Shown piece after piece: positions 30,642-40,911 of a DNA stretch of 64,000 bases. The stretch lies in contig CBDFFH010000029.1 of NCBI GenBank assembly GCA_965246715.1, positions 1 through 64,000 of the forward strand, given 5' to 3'. The DNA is from Chamaesiphon sp. (lineage in GTDB: Bacteria; Cyanobacteriota; Cyanobacteriia; Cyanobacteriales; Chamaesiphonaceae). Every line of letters starts with the position of its first letter. The first letter of the stretch is position 1. Under the pieces are notes generated by a model. That model was not told the DNA's origin, ran no database searches, and saw only the letters and a list, made by a program, of their open reading frames with translations. Position numbers and translations under genes: made by a program.

Positions 30642-30795
30642 ATTTTAAGTTAATAGCGGTCTGTCTATTATCGTAGTTGAAATTACCGCTACCTCGATCG
30701 GCTGAGATTAAAATAGCTCGGCCACAACCAGTGGCAAGTGGAATTCGATCGAACCTTGCTAAAATAGGAGATGCTCTACACAGCCGAATTTTCCC

Positions 30796-31401
30796 ATGCT
30801 AGAAAACCGCGACTATACTTTGATTATCGACAAAAGTGGTAGCATGTCAACTAAAGACAAGCCGGGTGGTTCTAGTCGGTGGCAAATCATGCAGGAGTCC
30901 GCATTGGCTCTAGCACATAAATGTGAAGAACTCGATCCAGATGGAATAACTTTTTATCTCTTCTCTGGTAAATTCAAACGTTACGATAATGTCACAGCAG
31001 CTAAAGTTACAACTATTTTCCAGGAGAACGATCCATCTGGAAGAACGGATTTAGCAAGCGTGTTGAAAGATGCTATTGATAACTATTCTCAACGGAAATC
31101 TAGTGGACAATCTGCTACTAATGGCGAGATGATTTTGGTTGTCACCGATGGCGAACCTGACGATCGCAAAGCAGTAGTAAAGGTAATTATCGATGCGACT
31201 CAGAAACTCGATCGTGATGAAGAGTTAGCGATTTCATTCATTCAAGTCGGTGCCGATGCCACGGCAACTGCGTTTCTAAAAATTCTCGATGACGATCTTG
31301 GCAAAGCTGGGGCAAAGTTTGATATCGTCGATACGATTACGATGGATGATATGGAAGATCTCACACTCAAGGAAGTGTTACTGAGTGCGATTAACGACTA
31401 A
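30796..31401 (+). CDS. vWA domain protein
   Basis: IIDKSGSM MIDAS motif, GRTDL, VVTDGEP. Confidence 0.9.
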   Translation: MLENRDYTLIIDKSGSMSTKDKPGGSSRWQIMQESALALAHKCEELDPDGITFYLFSGKFKRYDNVTAAKVTTIFQENDPSGRTDLASVLKDAIDNYSQRKSSGQSATNGEMILVVTDGEPDDRKAVVKVIIDATQKLDRDEELAISFIQVGADATATAFLKILDDDLGKAGAKFDIVDTITMDDMEDLTLKEVLLSAIND

Positions 31402-31566
31402 GTTTTAAAGGAGAGCGCCACTCGACAGACTCAGCCATTCGTTCGATCTCAAACTAAGTTCGAGCGTCATCTTTATCCAATTGTAAATTTAACTCGATTG
31501 TCTCAGCCACAGACTTACGACAGCCAGCATTACCAGACAATAATATCGTCCCAGAAATAAAACTTC

Positions 31567-31601
31567 CAGATCCCCGACTTCTTTGAGAAGTCGGGGATCT
31601 G
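31567..31601. repeat. Palindromic repeat / bidirectional terminator
   Basis: CAGATCCCCGACTTCT-ttg-AGAAGTCGGGGATCTG between convergent genes. Confidence 0.75.
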
Positions 31602-31634
31602 ACCCACTAGCTAGACACCACTGGTAGATAGAAT

Positions 31635-34244
31635 CTACTTCAAATAAACGATCGTCACACCACCGCCACCATCTTTTTCACCAGCCAATTCAAATCGACT
31701 GACTTGAGGATGAGTTTTTAAAAACTCATGTACCCCTTCTCGCAACTTCCCAGTTCCTTTGCCGTGAATTACCCACAGGATCCCGGATTGATAAGCTTTA
31801 CCGATCGCGGCTTCGATTGCACTCTCCGCATTTGCTACGCGTTGTCCGCGAATGTCGACGGTATTTGTCGATGTCCGAATCGCTACTACCGGAACGGTCG
31901 GAGTGACGGTAGATTTAGTAGTGTTATTTTGAGTTTTAGCTGCGGATTTTTTCTCGGGAATCGTGGCTTTCTCGCCAGTCAGCGACTCAATGTCTGCAAG
32001 AGAAACATTCATCTTCATGATGCCAAATTTGACATTGAGATTGCCATGTTCGTCAACGGCGCTCAAGACTTCAGCTTTTTGCCCGATTTTCGGAATGCGG
32101 ATGCGATCGCCAACTTTGGGATTGAAGCCTGGGGGCGGCTTGGGAGTCGATCGCGCGGACAATCGACGATTTGACACCGCATCCAGTTCTGAGGTAGCTT
32201 GTTGGGCCGCTTGGGCAGTTTGTGGGCCTTGTTGAAGTTGCCGAATTACTTGGGCGATTTCGCCTTTGGCTTCGGCAATTGCGGCTTGAATCGCGCGTTC
32301 TTGATTGGCTTTGAGTTCCTGTTCCCGCGCTTGTAATTCGGCGGCTTTTTGCGAAACTTCTAGATAAAATGCCTCTGCCTGTTTCAAGATTTTGGCAGCC
32401 TCATTCGCCTTAGTTTCTTGGCTGCGCCGCTGCGCTTCCAGTCCAGCGATTACTTCATTGACTTCCTGAGTCGCCCCCAAAACCACCTGCGATTTGGCAT
32501 TGTCGATCACTTCCGGATTCAACCCCAATCTCCCCGCGATCGACAGCGCATTCGATCGACCGGGAATGCCCCATAATAAGCGATAAGTCGGCGACAAACT
32601 CACGTCGTCAAACTCCACCGAAGCATTTTCAAACCGGGAATCCTGATATTTGAGCGCTTTCAATTCCCCATAGTGAGTAGTCGCAATCGTCAACATCGCG
32701 CGATCGGCTAAATACTGTAATAATGCGATCGCCAACGCACTCCCCTCCGCCGGATCGGTGCCTGCACCTACCTCGTCTAGGAGGACTAATGCGGCAGGGT
32801 AATTGTGCTTAGGGGATTGAGGGGATTGTAAGTGGGTATCGTCAACCTGGAGGGTACCCACAAGGGGCACCCCTACGGATTCATCTACTCCGACATTAAT
32901 CCCCTCCTGGGAGCGGTGCGCCACCGACGGGTTTCCCGTCGCACACGGCGCAACAAGACAGGGGGCAGGGGGTGGGTTCGTGTGCAAATTAGCACCATCA
33001 GCATTAATCGCCTCTAAAATCCGCCCAATCCGCCGAATATGCCCCGAAAAAGTTGACAGACTCTGCTGCAACGATTGCTCGTCCCCAATATCCGCCAAAA
33101 TCAAATCGAACCAGGGCACCTCAACTGGCTCCCGAGCGGGGATAAATAACCCCACCTTTGCCATCAAAGCGACGATCGCGAGTGTTTTGAGGGTGACCGT
33201 TTTACCGCCCGTATTTGGGCCGGTAATCGTGACTACACGCAGATCGGGACGGATCGACAGATCGATCGGAACTACTTCGGCACCTTGCTCGTGACGGTGT
33301 TTCCAGATCAGCAATGGGTGGCGGAGTTGGCGCATGGTGATATATTCACCAGCGGATCGATCGATCAGTCGGGGTGGATTGGCTTCCAACCATAGGCTAT
33401 ATCTAGCTCTAGCCGTCGCCAGATCGATCGTCGTTGCAACTGCCAGGAGATGTTCGAGATCCGCTTGGACTTCATTCACCTTATCCGTAAGCAGTTGCAG
33501 CACGATTTCGATTTCGCGTTGCTCTTGGCGTTGGAGTTGGCGAAATTGATTGCCCAGATTGATAATGTACTGTGGCTCGACATATAGCGTCGAGCCGCTG
33601 CCAGAAGTATCGTGGACTACTCCAGGAATCAAATCCTTATGCGAAGCTTTAACTGGGATAACGAAGCGATCGCCCCGTTGAGTAATTAATGGCTGATGGA
33701 TGGCATTGGATTGACGTTGGAGCAGATTGTTGAGAAATTGATAAATCCGATCGCGGAGTCCTTTAATTTTGACTCTAACTTCGGCTAATTTTTCACTCGA
33801 TCGATCTGTCACATCTCCACGATCGTCGATACAGTGATATATCTCCTGTTCTAGCTCGGGATAGGTGCGGACATCGGCAATTAATGACTGTAAAACGGGG
33901 ATATTTTCTGCACTATCGATCGTCCGCCGTAATTTTCGCATCCCTGCTAAAGTAGTCGCGATCTCGTGCAATTCTCGCCCAGACAGCATTCCATGTACCG
34001 AGGCGCGTTCGAGGGCATCGCCAAAATCTTCAATTCCATCGAACGACAACCCACCGATTAACTGGGTTTCTAACTGATAAATTTCTTTAGTCTGAGCGAG
34101 CAAATTGAGGCTGACACTAGGCTGCTGCGGAATGACTAAATGCCGTGCGGCGATCGCGCCTAACTTAGTCGCTGCAAATGTTGCCACCTGCTGGCACAAC
34201 CGCGACCACTCTAATAATTCTAATGTCTCTGCCTGGATCGCCAT
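31635..34244 (-). CDS. mutS2: Endonuclease MutS2 with an in-frame repeat-derived insertion
   Basis: TGPNTGGKT, IGDEQS..STFSGH, LLDEVGAGTDP, TTHY, and a C-terminal Smr domain (IHGKGTGKL). Confidence 0.97.
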   Translation of the reverse strand: MAIQAETLELLEWSRLCQQVATFAATKLGAIAARHLVIPQQPSVSLNLLAQTKEIYQLETQLIGGLSFDGIEDFGDALERASVHGMLSGRELHEIATTLAGMRKLRRTIDSAENIPVLQSLIADVRTYPELEQEIYHCIDDRGDVTDRSSEKLAEVRVKIKGLRDRIYQFLNNLLQRQSNAIHQPLITQRGDRFVIPVKASHKDLIPGVVHDTSGSGSTLYVEPQYIINLGNQFRQLQRQEQREIEIVLQLLTDKVNEVQADLEHLLAVATTIDLATARARYSLWLEANPPRLIDRSAGEYITMRQLRHPLLIWKHRHEQGAEVVPIDLSIRPDLRVVTITGPNTGGKTVTLKTLAIVALMAKVGLFIPAREPVEVPWFDLILADIGDEQSLQQSLSTFSGHIRRIGRILEAINADGANLHTNPPPAPCLVAPCATGNPSVAHRSQEGINVGVDESVGVPLVGTLQVDDTHLQSPQSPKHNYPAALVLLDEVGAGTDPAEGSALAIALLQYLADRAMLTIATTHYGELKALKYQDSRFENASVEFDDVSLSPTYRLLWGIPGRSNALSIAGRLGLNPEVIDNAKSQVVLGATQEVNEVIAGLEAQRRSQETKANEAAKILKQAEAFYLEVSQKAAELQAREQELKANQERAIQAAIAEAKGEIAQVIRQLQQGPQTAQAAQQATSELDAVSNRRLSARSTPKPPPGFNPKVGDRIRIPKIGQKAEVLSAVDEHGNLNVKFGIMKMNVSLADIESLTGEKATIPEKKSAAKTQNNTTKSTVTPTVPVVAIRTSTNTVDIRGQRVANAESAIEAAIGKAYQSGILWVIHGKGTGKLREGVHEFLKTHPQVSRFELAGEKDGGGGVTIVYLK
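32852..32978 (-). repeat. REP copy plus a CCCACCCCCTGCCCCCTCCCAGGAGGGG-type repeat carrying a 48-nt insert, inside mutS2
   Basis: 32852-32876 is identical to the intergenic REP copies; 32913-32960 is a hairpin insert. Confidence 0.85.
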
Positions 34245-34325
34245 TCTACACTCAATTTTGCACTTTCAATCATTATATGCTTTCGGTATTGGGTCATGGG
34301 TATCGGTCATTAGGGATACGAGTTC

Positions 34326-34886
34326 TTAGCCATTTGGATCGACCGCAGGCAGACGTTTGCGTCTGACTCTGACTGGACGTTGTTTCGGTGGTGTCTGGGC
34401 ATCCTCACCCCGTGCTGCGGCGGATTTATCGATATTGCCAGCTTTAACCCAGCCTTGAAGATTATCTGTTTCCGATCGAATCAACACCCATTGTTTGTCA
34501 GGACTGGTTTTAATAATTGCCACCTTCGCATTAAATGCCACTCCCCCAAGCTTTTCGGCACCAGGATCGGGAGCTTTCTTGAGCGATAATCCATCTTTCC
34601 AAACTACTTTGGCATCATAAGCTTCTGGTGGGAGCTTTTCAATAACATTTGGATCTTTAACAACTGGCGACTGGTTGGGTTTGACAGCGGCAACAGTTTT
34701 GGGCTTAACTGCGGCAATCGGTGATTTGTATCCTGGACGCTCTTCGGCAAATACTGGCTTTGGCGGATGAGTATTCATCTGGGTAACGAAGAAATAATAA
34801 CCCGCTCCACCCGCGATCGCACCCAATCCAACCAATCCCATGAGGACACCAATAAATAATTGTAGAGACTTTAATGCGGCATTCAT
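34326..34886 (-). CDS. Membrane-anchored SH3-domain protein
   Basis: N-terminal TM helix; GLSLKKAP...WVLIR...GWVKAGN. Confidence 0.8.
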   Translation of the reverse strand: MNAALKSLQLFIGVLMGLVGLGAIAGGAGYYFFVTQMNTHPPKPVFAEERPGYKSPIAAVKPKTVAAVKPNQSPVVKDPNVIEKLPPEAYDAKVVWKDGLSLKKAPDPGAEKLGGVAFNAKVAIIKTSPDKQWVLIRSETDNLQGWVKAGNIDKSAAARGEDAQTPPKQRPVRVRRKRLPAVDPNG

Positions 34887-35022
34887 AGATTAGGGAATAG
34901 GGGATAGGGGTTAGTGAACCTGATGGCGGCAAAAGAACCGGTAAAGATGCTCGGAGCGGCAGCGCTCACCTAACAAAATTAAGCCTAGCAATCGGTTGTA
35001 AATATAAGCGTAGATTTATCGA

Positions 35023-36519
35023 TTAACCTCTACCGACACCACCTTGTCTGGATGCTAGTCGGGCTTTGCCAGAGTTTGCCCAATCTTGAAGAAATTGAAT
35101 TTGGGCTTGGGCGGTGACGGCAAGCGGGATCATTTGACTTGCTGATTCTAGAATATCATCAGTAGTGAAATCGCGGTTTTGACTGAAGCCGATATGCATT
35201 GCTTCGATCAGAGTTTGCTCGATTTCAGCACCAGAAAAGTCCGGTGTTTCATATGCCAATCGATCGATATCATAATTTCCAAGATTATGGGGACGCAATT
35301 TAGTCAGATGGACGTTAAAAATTGCCCGCCGTTCTGCTCGCGTTGGTAATCCCACAAAAAAGATCTCGTCGAATCGACCTTTGCGTAACATTTCGGCGGG
35401 GAGCGAATCGATATTATTTGCTGTCGCAACGACAAACACGGGTGAAGTTTTTTCCGTCAGCCAGGTGATAAATGTCCCAAATACGCGACTGGATGTGCCT
35501 GCATCACCTTTCCCATCGACCCCAGCAAAAGCTTTATCGATTTCATCGATCCACAATACGCAGGGCGACAGCGCTTCGGCGAGTTGAATCATTTGTCTGG
35601 TTCGCGACTCCGATTCGCCTACCAATCCGCCAAATAGTCGTCCGACATCCAACCGCAACAGCGGTAAATACCAGTGATGCGAAATCGCCTTAGCAGTGAG
35701 CGATTTACCAGTCCCTTGAATTCCGACCAGGAGCAGCCCTCTCGGGTACGGGAGACCATATTGCCGCGCTCGATCGGAAAAAGACCCCCCACGGCGCAGT
35801 AACCAGTCTTTGAGATTATCTAAACCGCCGATATCGGTGATTTGTTCTTTGGCGGGATAGAAGTCGAGAATTTGGGTTTGACGGATGGTTTGGCGTTTTT
35901 CTTCAAGGACTAATTCGACATCTTCGGGACGAATTTCGCCATGAGTTGCGAGCGCGCGTGCTAATACCCGCCGAATGCGATCGAGTGATAAACCCTGACA
36001 AGCACGCACCAAGTCGTCTAAATTTTGGTTACTGAGATGATTGCCCGTAGCATTAATCAACCGCTCGATTTCGACTTTGATTTCGCTAGCGGTAGGGAGC
36101 GGAAATTCCAACACTACGATCGATTCGCTCAGATCGCTAGGAATGATAATCTGGGGCGAGAGGATGATGATATTTTTGGGTTCGGACTTGAGTTTGCGCG
36201 AGAGATTGCGAAGTTTTCTCGCCACGGAAATATCTTCCAGAAACCGATGGAAATCCCGCAGGATAAAAATTCCAGATACATCGGGACTGAGTTTATCAAT
36301 AAATTCTAAGGCTTGCAGCGGGTTGCGCCTTCCATAGCCGTTATCGTTGGGATTGCCCTGATAACCATCGACAAAATCCCAAATATAGATGGGGCGATTC
36401 CCTTGCTGCTTGGCAACACGTTCGATCGCATTTTCCACCCGCTCTTCTTCGGTGGTGGGAATGTAGATCAGGGGATATCGCGCCCGCAGGAGTAGTTCAA
36501 ATTCGGTACTAAAAGCCAT
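35023..36519 (-). CDS. ycf46: Ycf46-family AAA ATPase
   Basis: LLRARYPLIY, IGGLDNLKDWL, GIQGTGKS, LRKGRFDEIFFV. Confidence 0.9.
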   Translation of the reverse strand: MAFSTEFELLLRARYPLIYIPTTEEERVENAIERVAKQQGNRPIYIWDFVDGYQGNPNDNGYGRRNPLQALEFIDKLSPDVSGIFILRDFHRFLEDISVARKLRNLSRKLKSEPKNIIILSPQIIIPSDLSESIVVLEFPLPTASEIKVEIERLINATGNHLSNQNLDDLVRACQGLSLDRIRRVLARALATHGEIRPEDVELVLEEKRQTIRQTQILDFYPAKEQITDIGGLDNLKDWLLRRGGSFSDRARQYGLPYPRGLLLVGIQGTGKSLTAKAISHHWYLPLLRLDVGRLFGGLVGESESRTRQMIQLAEALSPCVLWIDEIDKAFAGVDGKGDAGTSSRVFGTFITWLTEKTSPVFVVATANNIDSLPAEMLRKGRFDEIFFVGLPTRAERRAIFNVHLTKLRPHNLGNYDIDRLAYETPDFSGAEIEQTLIEAMHIGFSQNRDFTTDDILESASQMIPLAVTAQAQIQFLQDWANSGKARLASRQGGVGRG

Positions 36520-36606
36520 ATCTTAGATTATGACCTGCGGACTGGCAAATTACTAGTCGAAATGCTGGTAGTTGAAACCGCAGTTACAGAACCTAAGTTG
36601 CTACTT

Positions 36607-36842
36607 AACCTCAGTTCGGGATAAGAAAAATTGATTTGCTCCGTTCTAGCACTGCCCTGAACTGGAAGTGTCTCGTTCCGAGAGGCTTCGCCAACGGGCT
36701 AATAGCTCAAGTTCTCTGAAGAGAACTACCAAATTTCTTAGTTCGTTAAAACGAACTTTTGCTATGAGCAACTAATGTATTTGATGGCGGTGCAGAAACG
36801 AAGCTAGCAATCATCGGGTAATCCTTATCCCGAACTCACGTT
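36607..36842. mobile_element. MITE, 236 bp, 19-bp TIRs, 4-bp TSD ACTT
   Basis: AACCTCAGTTCGGGATAAG / CTTATCCCGAACTCACGTT; ACTT at 36603-36606 and 36843-36846. Confidence 0.82.
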
Positions 36843-36854
36843 ACTTAGAAATGC

Positions 36855-36960
36855 CTACGATTGAAATCGTGGCTAATGATGCAAAGTCCGCCTTCGCGGA
36901 CTGGTTTATTAGCCACGAAGGCGGGCTGTTGCCACGAGCGGCAACAGCCGGACTTTGCAA
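36855..36960. repeat. Palindromic repeat (AAAGTCCGCC..GCGGACT family) with a nested 27-nt hairpin
   Basis: Matches the cargo of the 23682 MITE; extra GCTGTTGCCACGAGCGGCAACAGCCGG. Confidence 0.65.
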
Positions 36961-37040
36961 CCTGATGAGTAGTTTCTAACCACTTTGGTTATAGGTTAGC
37001 AACTTAGCTTACTTATCGGAAATTTATTTGTCTCGATCGA

Positions 37041-37760
37041 TTACGTAGGTTTAGTAAACACTAAAATATGCTGTTGTGGTAAATTGTCTTGAGTTTTTAC
37101 CCACTTTAACCCAACTGCTGCCATTTCCTTTTTTACCTGTTTTTGGGTCATTTTATGCAAACCTTTAATCGGGATGAATGGGTTTTCACCGCGATATTCT
37201 ACTAATACGATCCTGCCGCCTGGTTTTAAAGCTGTGACGATGTTGGTCATCATCTCGCGTGGATGATTAAACTCATGGTAGGCATCTACCATCAGCGCGA
37301 CATCGACGGTATTTGCCGGTAAATTAGGACTGGTTTCTGTACCGAGCACTGGCTCGACATTACTAATTTTTTTATCCTTCTTTAAAAAGCTAAGCATGTC
37401 AATCATTTCTGGTTGAATATCTACTGCTAGGACTCGTCCTTTCGGTACCAACCGCGCCATCCGAAAGCTAAAATATCCCGTTCCCGCACCAATATCCGCA
37501 ACGATGTCAGTCGGTTTGAGGTTGAGTGACTGAATTACTACCGTTGGTTTCTCTTCGACATCGCGCGTCGATCTCTCCAACCACATCGCTTCGGTATGCC
37601 CCATCACCTTGGCGATCTCTCGACCCATGTAGAATTTGCCAATCCCATCGGGACTCGCATTAGCAATCTGTGCGGTGAAACCGGGTGTAGAAATCCAGCA
37701 GACGATCGAACACGCACAAATTACCAGCCAGCGATTGAAGTGATTTAGCATAGATACCAA
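37041..37760 (-). CDS. Class I SAM-dependent methyltransferase
   Basis: VADIGAGTGYF, AVDIQ, VDAYHEF, LKPGG. Confidence 0.9.
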   Translation of the reverse strand: MVSMLNHFNRWLVICACSIVCWISTPGFTAQIANASPDGIGKFYMGREIAKVMGHTEAMWLERSTRDVEEKPTVVIQSLNLKPTDIVADIGAGTGYFSFRMARLVPKGRVLAVDIQPEMIDMLSFLKKDKKISNVEPVLGTETSPNLPANTVDVALMVDAYHEFNHPREMMTNIVTALKPGGRIVLVEYRGENPFIPIKGLHKMTQKQVKKEMAAVGLKWVKTQDNLPQQHILVFTKPT

Positions 37761-37833
37761 AGGATGAATCCTGTTTATTTAAGCCTAACGCCTGAGGATG
37801 AATTAGGGCGCTAGAAAAAGATCGCTACGACAG

Positions 37834-37862
37834 TTGACAAGTAAAAGATAACAGTGCATAAT
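37834..37862 (+). promoter_or_regulatory. Sigma70-type promoter for tRNA-Asp
   Basis: TTGACA-17 nt-CATAAT, ending 18 nt before the tRNA. Confidence 0.7.
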
Positions 37863-37880
37863 GAGATCTGTTGAATAAAT

Positions 37881-37954
37881 GGGACTGTAGCTCAGTTGGT
37901 TAGAGCGCGCGCCTGTCACGCGCGAGGTCGCGGGTTCGAGCCCCGTCAGTCCCG
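37881..37954 (+). tRNA. tRNA-Asp(GTC)
   Basis: GGGACTGTAGCTCAGTTGGTTAGAGCGCGCGCCTGTCACGCGCGAGGTCGCGGGTTCGAGCCCCGTCAGTCCCG cloverleaf. Confidence 0.97.
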
Positions 37955-37973
37955 TCCGAGTTAGTTGATATAT

Positions 37974-38609
37974 TTACCTGCCTACCTGTTGGGATAGAAT
38001 TTCTATCGCTTGAGGTAGGATTTGGTGTTCTTGGACTTGTACTCTGGCATGAAGGGTGTCAGCAGTATCGGCAGGTAAAACTGGTACGGCTGCTTGCACC
38101 AGGATCGGGCCGCGATCGACTTCTAAACTGACTAAATGTACCGTACAGCCAGTAATTTTGACACCAGCTTCGAGCGCTTGCTCGATCGCCCGAATCCCTG
38201 GAAAACTGGGCAACAGACTGGGGTGAATGTTGATAACACGATCGGGATAAGCATCGATCAGAACTTGGGTAATCACCCGCATCCACCCAGCCATCACCAC
38301 GCACTCGACTCGATACGCTTGGAATGTTTGCACGATCGCCAGATCGAGTTCTTCGCGACTAGTATAGGCTTGATGTTCGAGTAAGACGGTGGGAATGCCT
38401 CTACTTTGTGCGCGATCGATCGCTTTAATCCCTGGCTTATTATGAATGAGCACAGCAATTTTTGCGTTGAGCCGATTTCGATCGATCGCTTGGGCAACAG
38501 CTTCAAAGTTGCTACCACTACCCGATGCCATGATGCCGAGGATGAGTGGCGGATTAGCTGCGAGTGTGGGTGTGGGGAAAGGAGAGATGAGGCTGGCTGA
38601 ATCGGTCAT
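37974..38609 (-). CDS. purN: Phosphoribosylglycinamide formyltransferase
   Basis: ASGSGSNF, MAGWMR, NIHPSLLPSFPG, GCTVH, VDRGPI. Confidence 0.97.
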   Translation of the reverse strand: MTDSASLISPFPTPTLAANPPLILGIMASGSGSNFEAVAQAIDRNRLNAKIAVLIHNKPGIKAIDRAQSRGIPTVLLEHQAYTSREELDLAIVQTFQAYRVECVVMAGWMRVITQVLIDAYPDRVINIHPSLLPSFPGIRAIEQALEAGVKITGCTVHLVSLEVDRGPILVQAAVPVLPADTADTLHARVQVQEHQILPQAIEILSQQVGR

Positions 38610-38611
38610 TC

Positions 38612-38643
38612 GATTTTGGATTTTGGATTTTGGATTTTGGATT
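38612..38643. repeat. STRR-type heptamer tandem (GATTTTG)4+
   Basis: Directly visible; inverted copies near 38910-38926. Confidence 0.85.
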
Positions 38644-38930
38644 GTCCCTATCGATATAAGGGTAGGGACTCGAAACGTTGTTACTGTCGATCGGCGGGAA
38701 GTCAGTGTCGAAGAGATCTGAATCTAGTCGATCGATCCTCTAACATAGTGTGTATGGGTTCAGTTTATCAATCGATAGCTGTTATCGATCGCGCCGATCT
38801 TCAACTAGCAACTCGCACATCGAAGCAGAAATTCAGACGCTTTATTTTGCAGCTATTTTTAGAGCGAGTCGTTTCGTTCCTGGCTCTATCTCTCCATCTA
38901 CCAAGCTTTAATCCAAAATCCAAAATTCAT

Positions 38931-40826
38931 ATGACTTCCGATGCTGGCGCTACGTCCATCCGCGAACGCTATCAACAGACGATCTCCGAAATTGTCGATC
39001 GCATCCTTACGGGGAAACAGGCGATCTCTAAAGAGTATATTTCGCAAGTTCTGCTCGAACAGATCGAGTTAGGGACGAGCGAGATTTTTGAGGGGTGTTT
39101 GAGCGAGCAGATCCAGCGGGTTACTGCTGCTATCGCCAGCGAAACCAGTGAAGTCAGGCAAGCCAAAATCGGGCATCAGCTCAAGGCGATGCAGTGGATT
39201 CAGGCGGCGCTGGTAGGATGGCAAGACGAACGCCAAGCTGTAGCCGTTGTCACCCAGACGCTCGATCGCATCGTCACTGCAAATCCTGACGAACGCCTGA
39301 ATATTCTCCTCCAAGCACTAGATCCCAATCAAGAGCGACGGCTATCAAATGCCCAGATTAAACTAATTATCCAATCGTTGCGGACATCAGCAAACAGCAA
39401 TTTACAGCCATCAGATTTCGAGCAACTCGCACAATTGGCTGGCGGACTCGATCGCGGCTTAACTGCCCTCCCAGCTTTAGAACCACATTTAGTCAGTTGG
39501 ATTTATGAAAACGGTCAACAAATCGGGTTTGGTGGGGTGACGGAGAATGGCCCCTGGACGCTGTGGGCGAGACAAATAGATCGACCGCTAATTAAGTCAT
39601 TATTTCAAACGATCGGTCGCCAACAGTCGATTTCCGATCTTGCAGCCGCAATCGGCAGTGGGGATGAAGGGGAATGGGCAGAATTGGCGATCGTGATGCA
39701 AAGTATCCAAATCGCGTTAGTGGCTTGGTTCGATCGGCAGATGTACGATCGCGTCTGGGGCGAACGGATGTCGTTTAGCTCTTTGATTACGTTTGCCGCG
39801 ATTTGGAGTGAATTGGCAAATGGGGTTGGACGAGCGACGGGGATAAGTAGCAGCCATCGGGAAGCGATTGCGAAAGCTTGTTTTCAAGTAACGCTGCAAA
39901 TCCTTCGGACTGCGGCGCAACGACCGAATTTCCCACTTTACGGCGGGATTTTTGCATCATTTTCTGGGGAAACGCTGCGCGATACTCTATCCTATTTCGA
40001 TCTCCCCCTCAAGCAGGTAGCGGGGACGCAAGAAAAAGGACGACTGTTGACTATTTTGGGTTATTCACAACAAGCTCTCGGGCAGATCGATCGCGCAATT
40101 GTTCTCCACCAAGAAGCCTTAGAAATTGCCAATCGCGCCGGAGATCGTCCGTGCGAAATTGCCAATCTCAACCATCTGAGTCGGATTGCGATCGGCCAAA
40201 AAGATTATCCACAGGCAATTAGTTACAGCCAACGCGCGCTCATTTCCGCCAGACAGACGGGCGATAAGTTAGGTGAGGCTAACGCCTTAATTAATGTCGG
40301 TTATGCCGAAGTTCTCGCCGCATATTCGATCGATCGATTGGATGAGGAGATCTACGAGCAAAATATCGGTTATCTCGATCGGGGTTTAAAACTTGCCGAA
40401 ACCCTCGAAGATAAACAAAGTTTAGCCCTGTGCTATCACAGTCTCGGACTCGCACATCTGACGCTCCAGCAACCCGAAAAAGCGATCGAATATCTCCAGC
40501 AAGGTACCAAAGCCGCCCAAGCTGTCGGCGATTTGTACTTACAGGGATTGAATCTCACGTATTTAGCCGAAGCACATCATACTATTAATAAAAACGAAAC
40601 TGCTGTTTTTTATAGCTGTCTGGCCATGTATCAATTACATCAGATCGGTGCGAGAGAATGGCGACAAGCTGCTAGTTTGGCAACGGTATTACAAGGACAA
40701 TTAGGCAAAGAAAAGTTTGCCGAATTATTAACTAAGTATCGCCCAAATTTATTACCGGCGATCGGGGTTGATGGTTATGATTATTTACCTAAATTAATCG
40801 CCAAGTATTTAGATGGGGGCGAGTAA
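38931..40826 (+). CDS. TPR-repeat protein
   Basis: C-terminal TPRs (GDRPCEIANLNHLS, GDKLGEANAL); start moved to ATG 38931 because the upstream extension is repeat-derived. Confidence 0.88.
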   Translation: MTSDAGATSIRERYQQTISEIVDRILTGKQAISKEYISQVLLEQIELGTSEIFEGCLSEQIQRVTAAIASETSEVRQAKIGHQLKAMQWIQAALVGWQDERQAVAVVTQTLDRIVTANPDERLNILLQALDPNQERRLSNAQIKLIIQSLRTSANSNLQPSDFEQLAQLAGGLDRGLTALPALEPHLVSWIYENGQQIGFGGVTENGPWTLWARQIDRPLIKSLFQTIGRQQSISDLAAAIGSGDEGEWAELAIVMQSIQIALVAWFDRQMYDRVWGERMSFSSLITFAAIWSELANGVGRATGISSSHREAIAKACFQVTLQILRTAAQRPNFPLYGGIFASFSGETLRDTLSYFDLPLKQVAGTQEKGRLLTILGYSQQALGQIDRAIVLHQEALEIANRAGDRPCEIANLNHLSRIAIGQKDYPQAISYSQRALISARQTGDKLGEANALINVGYAEVLAAYSIDRLDEEIYEQNIGYLDRGLKLAETLEDKQSLALCYHSLGLAHLTLQQPEKAIEYLQQGTKAAQAVGDLYLQGLNLTYLAEAHHTINKNETAVFYSCLAMYQLHQIGAREWRQAASLATVLQGQLGKEKFAELLTKYRPNLLPAIGVDGYDYLPKLIAKYLDGGE

Positions 40827-40911
40827 GGTATCGCCAGACTCATGACTTCTTGCACTCAAGTATACTGCGACTCGATCGGTTGCCAATGAGAGCCAAAACG
40901 CTTTACTCCCT

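Noticed and set aside
32795..33005. Intein or intron in mutS2
   Set aside because: Too short, no intein terminal motifs (C/S...HN) and no intron core; explained by the repeats.
2433..37954. tRNA-anchored genomic island or prophage
   Set aside because: No integrase, phage genes or duplicated tRNA 3' ends seen; the flanking genes are mostly core genes.
38616..38930. 105-aa N-terminal extension of the TPR ORF
   Set aside because: It begins in a GATTTTG tandem at a TTG next to the purN start and covers the divergent promoter region; ATG 38931 is preferred.
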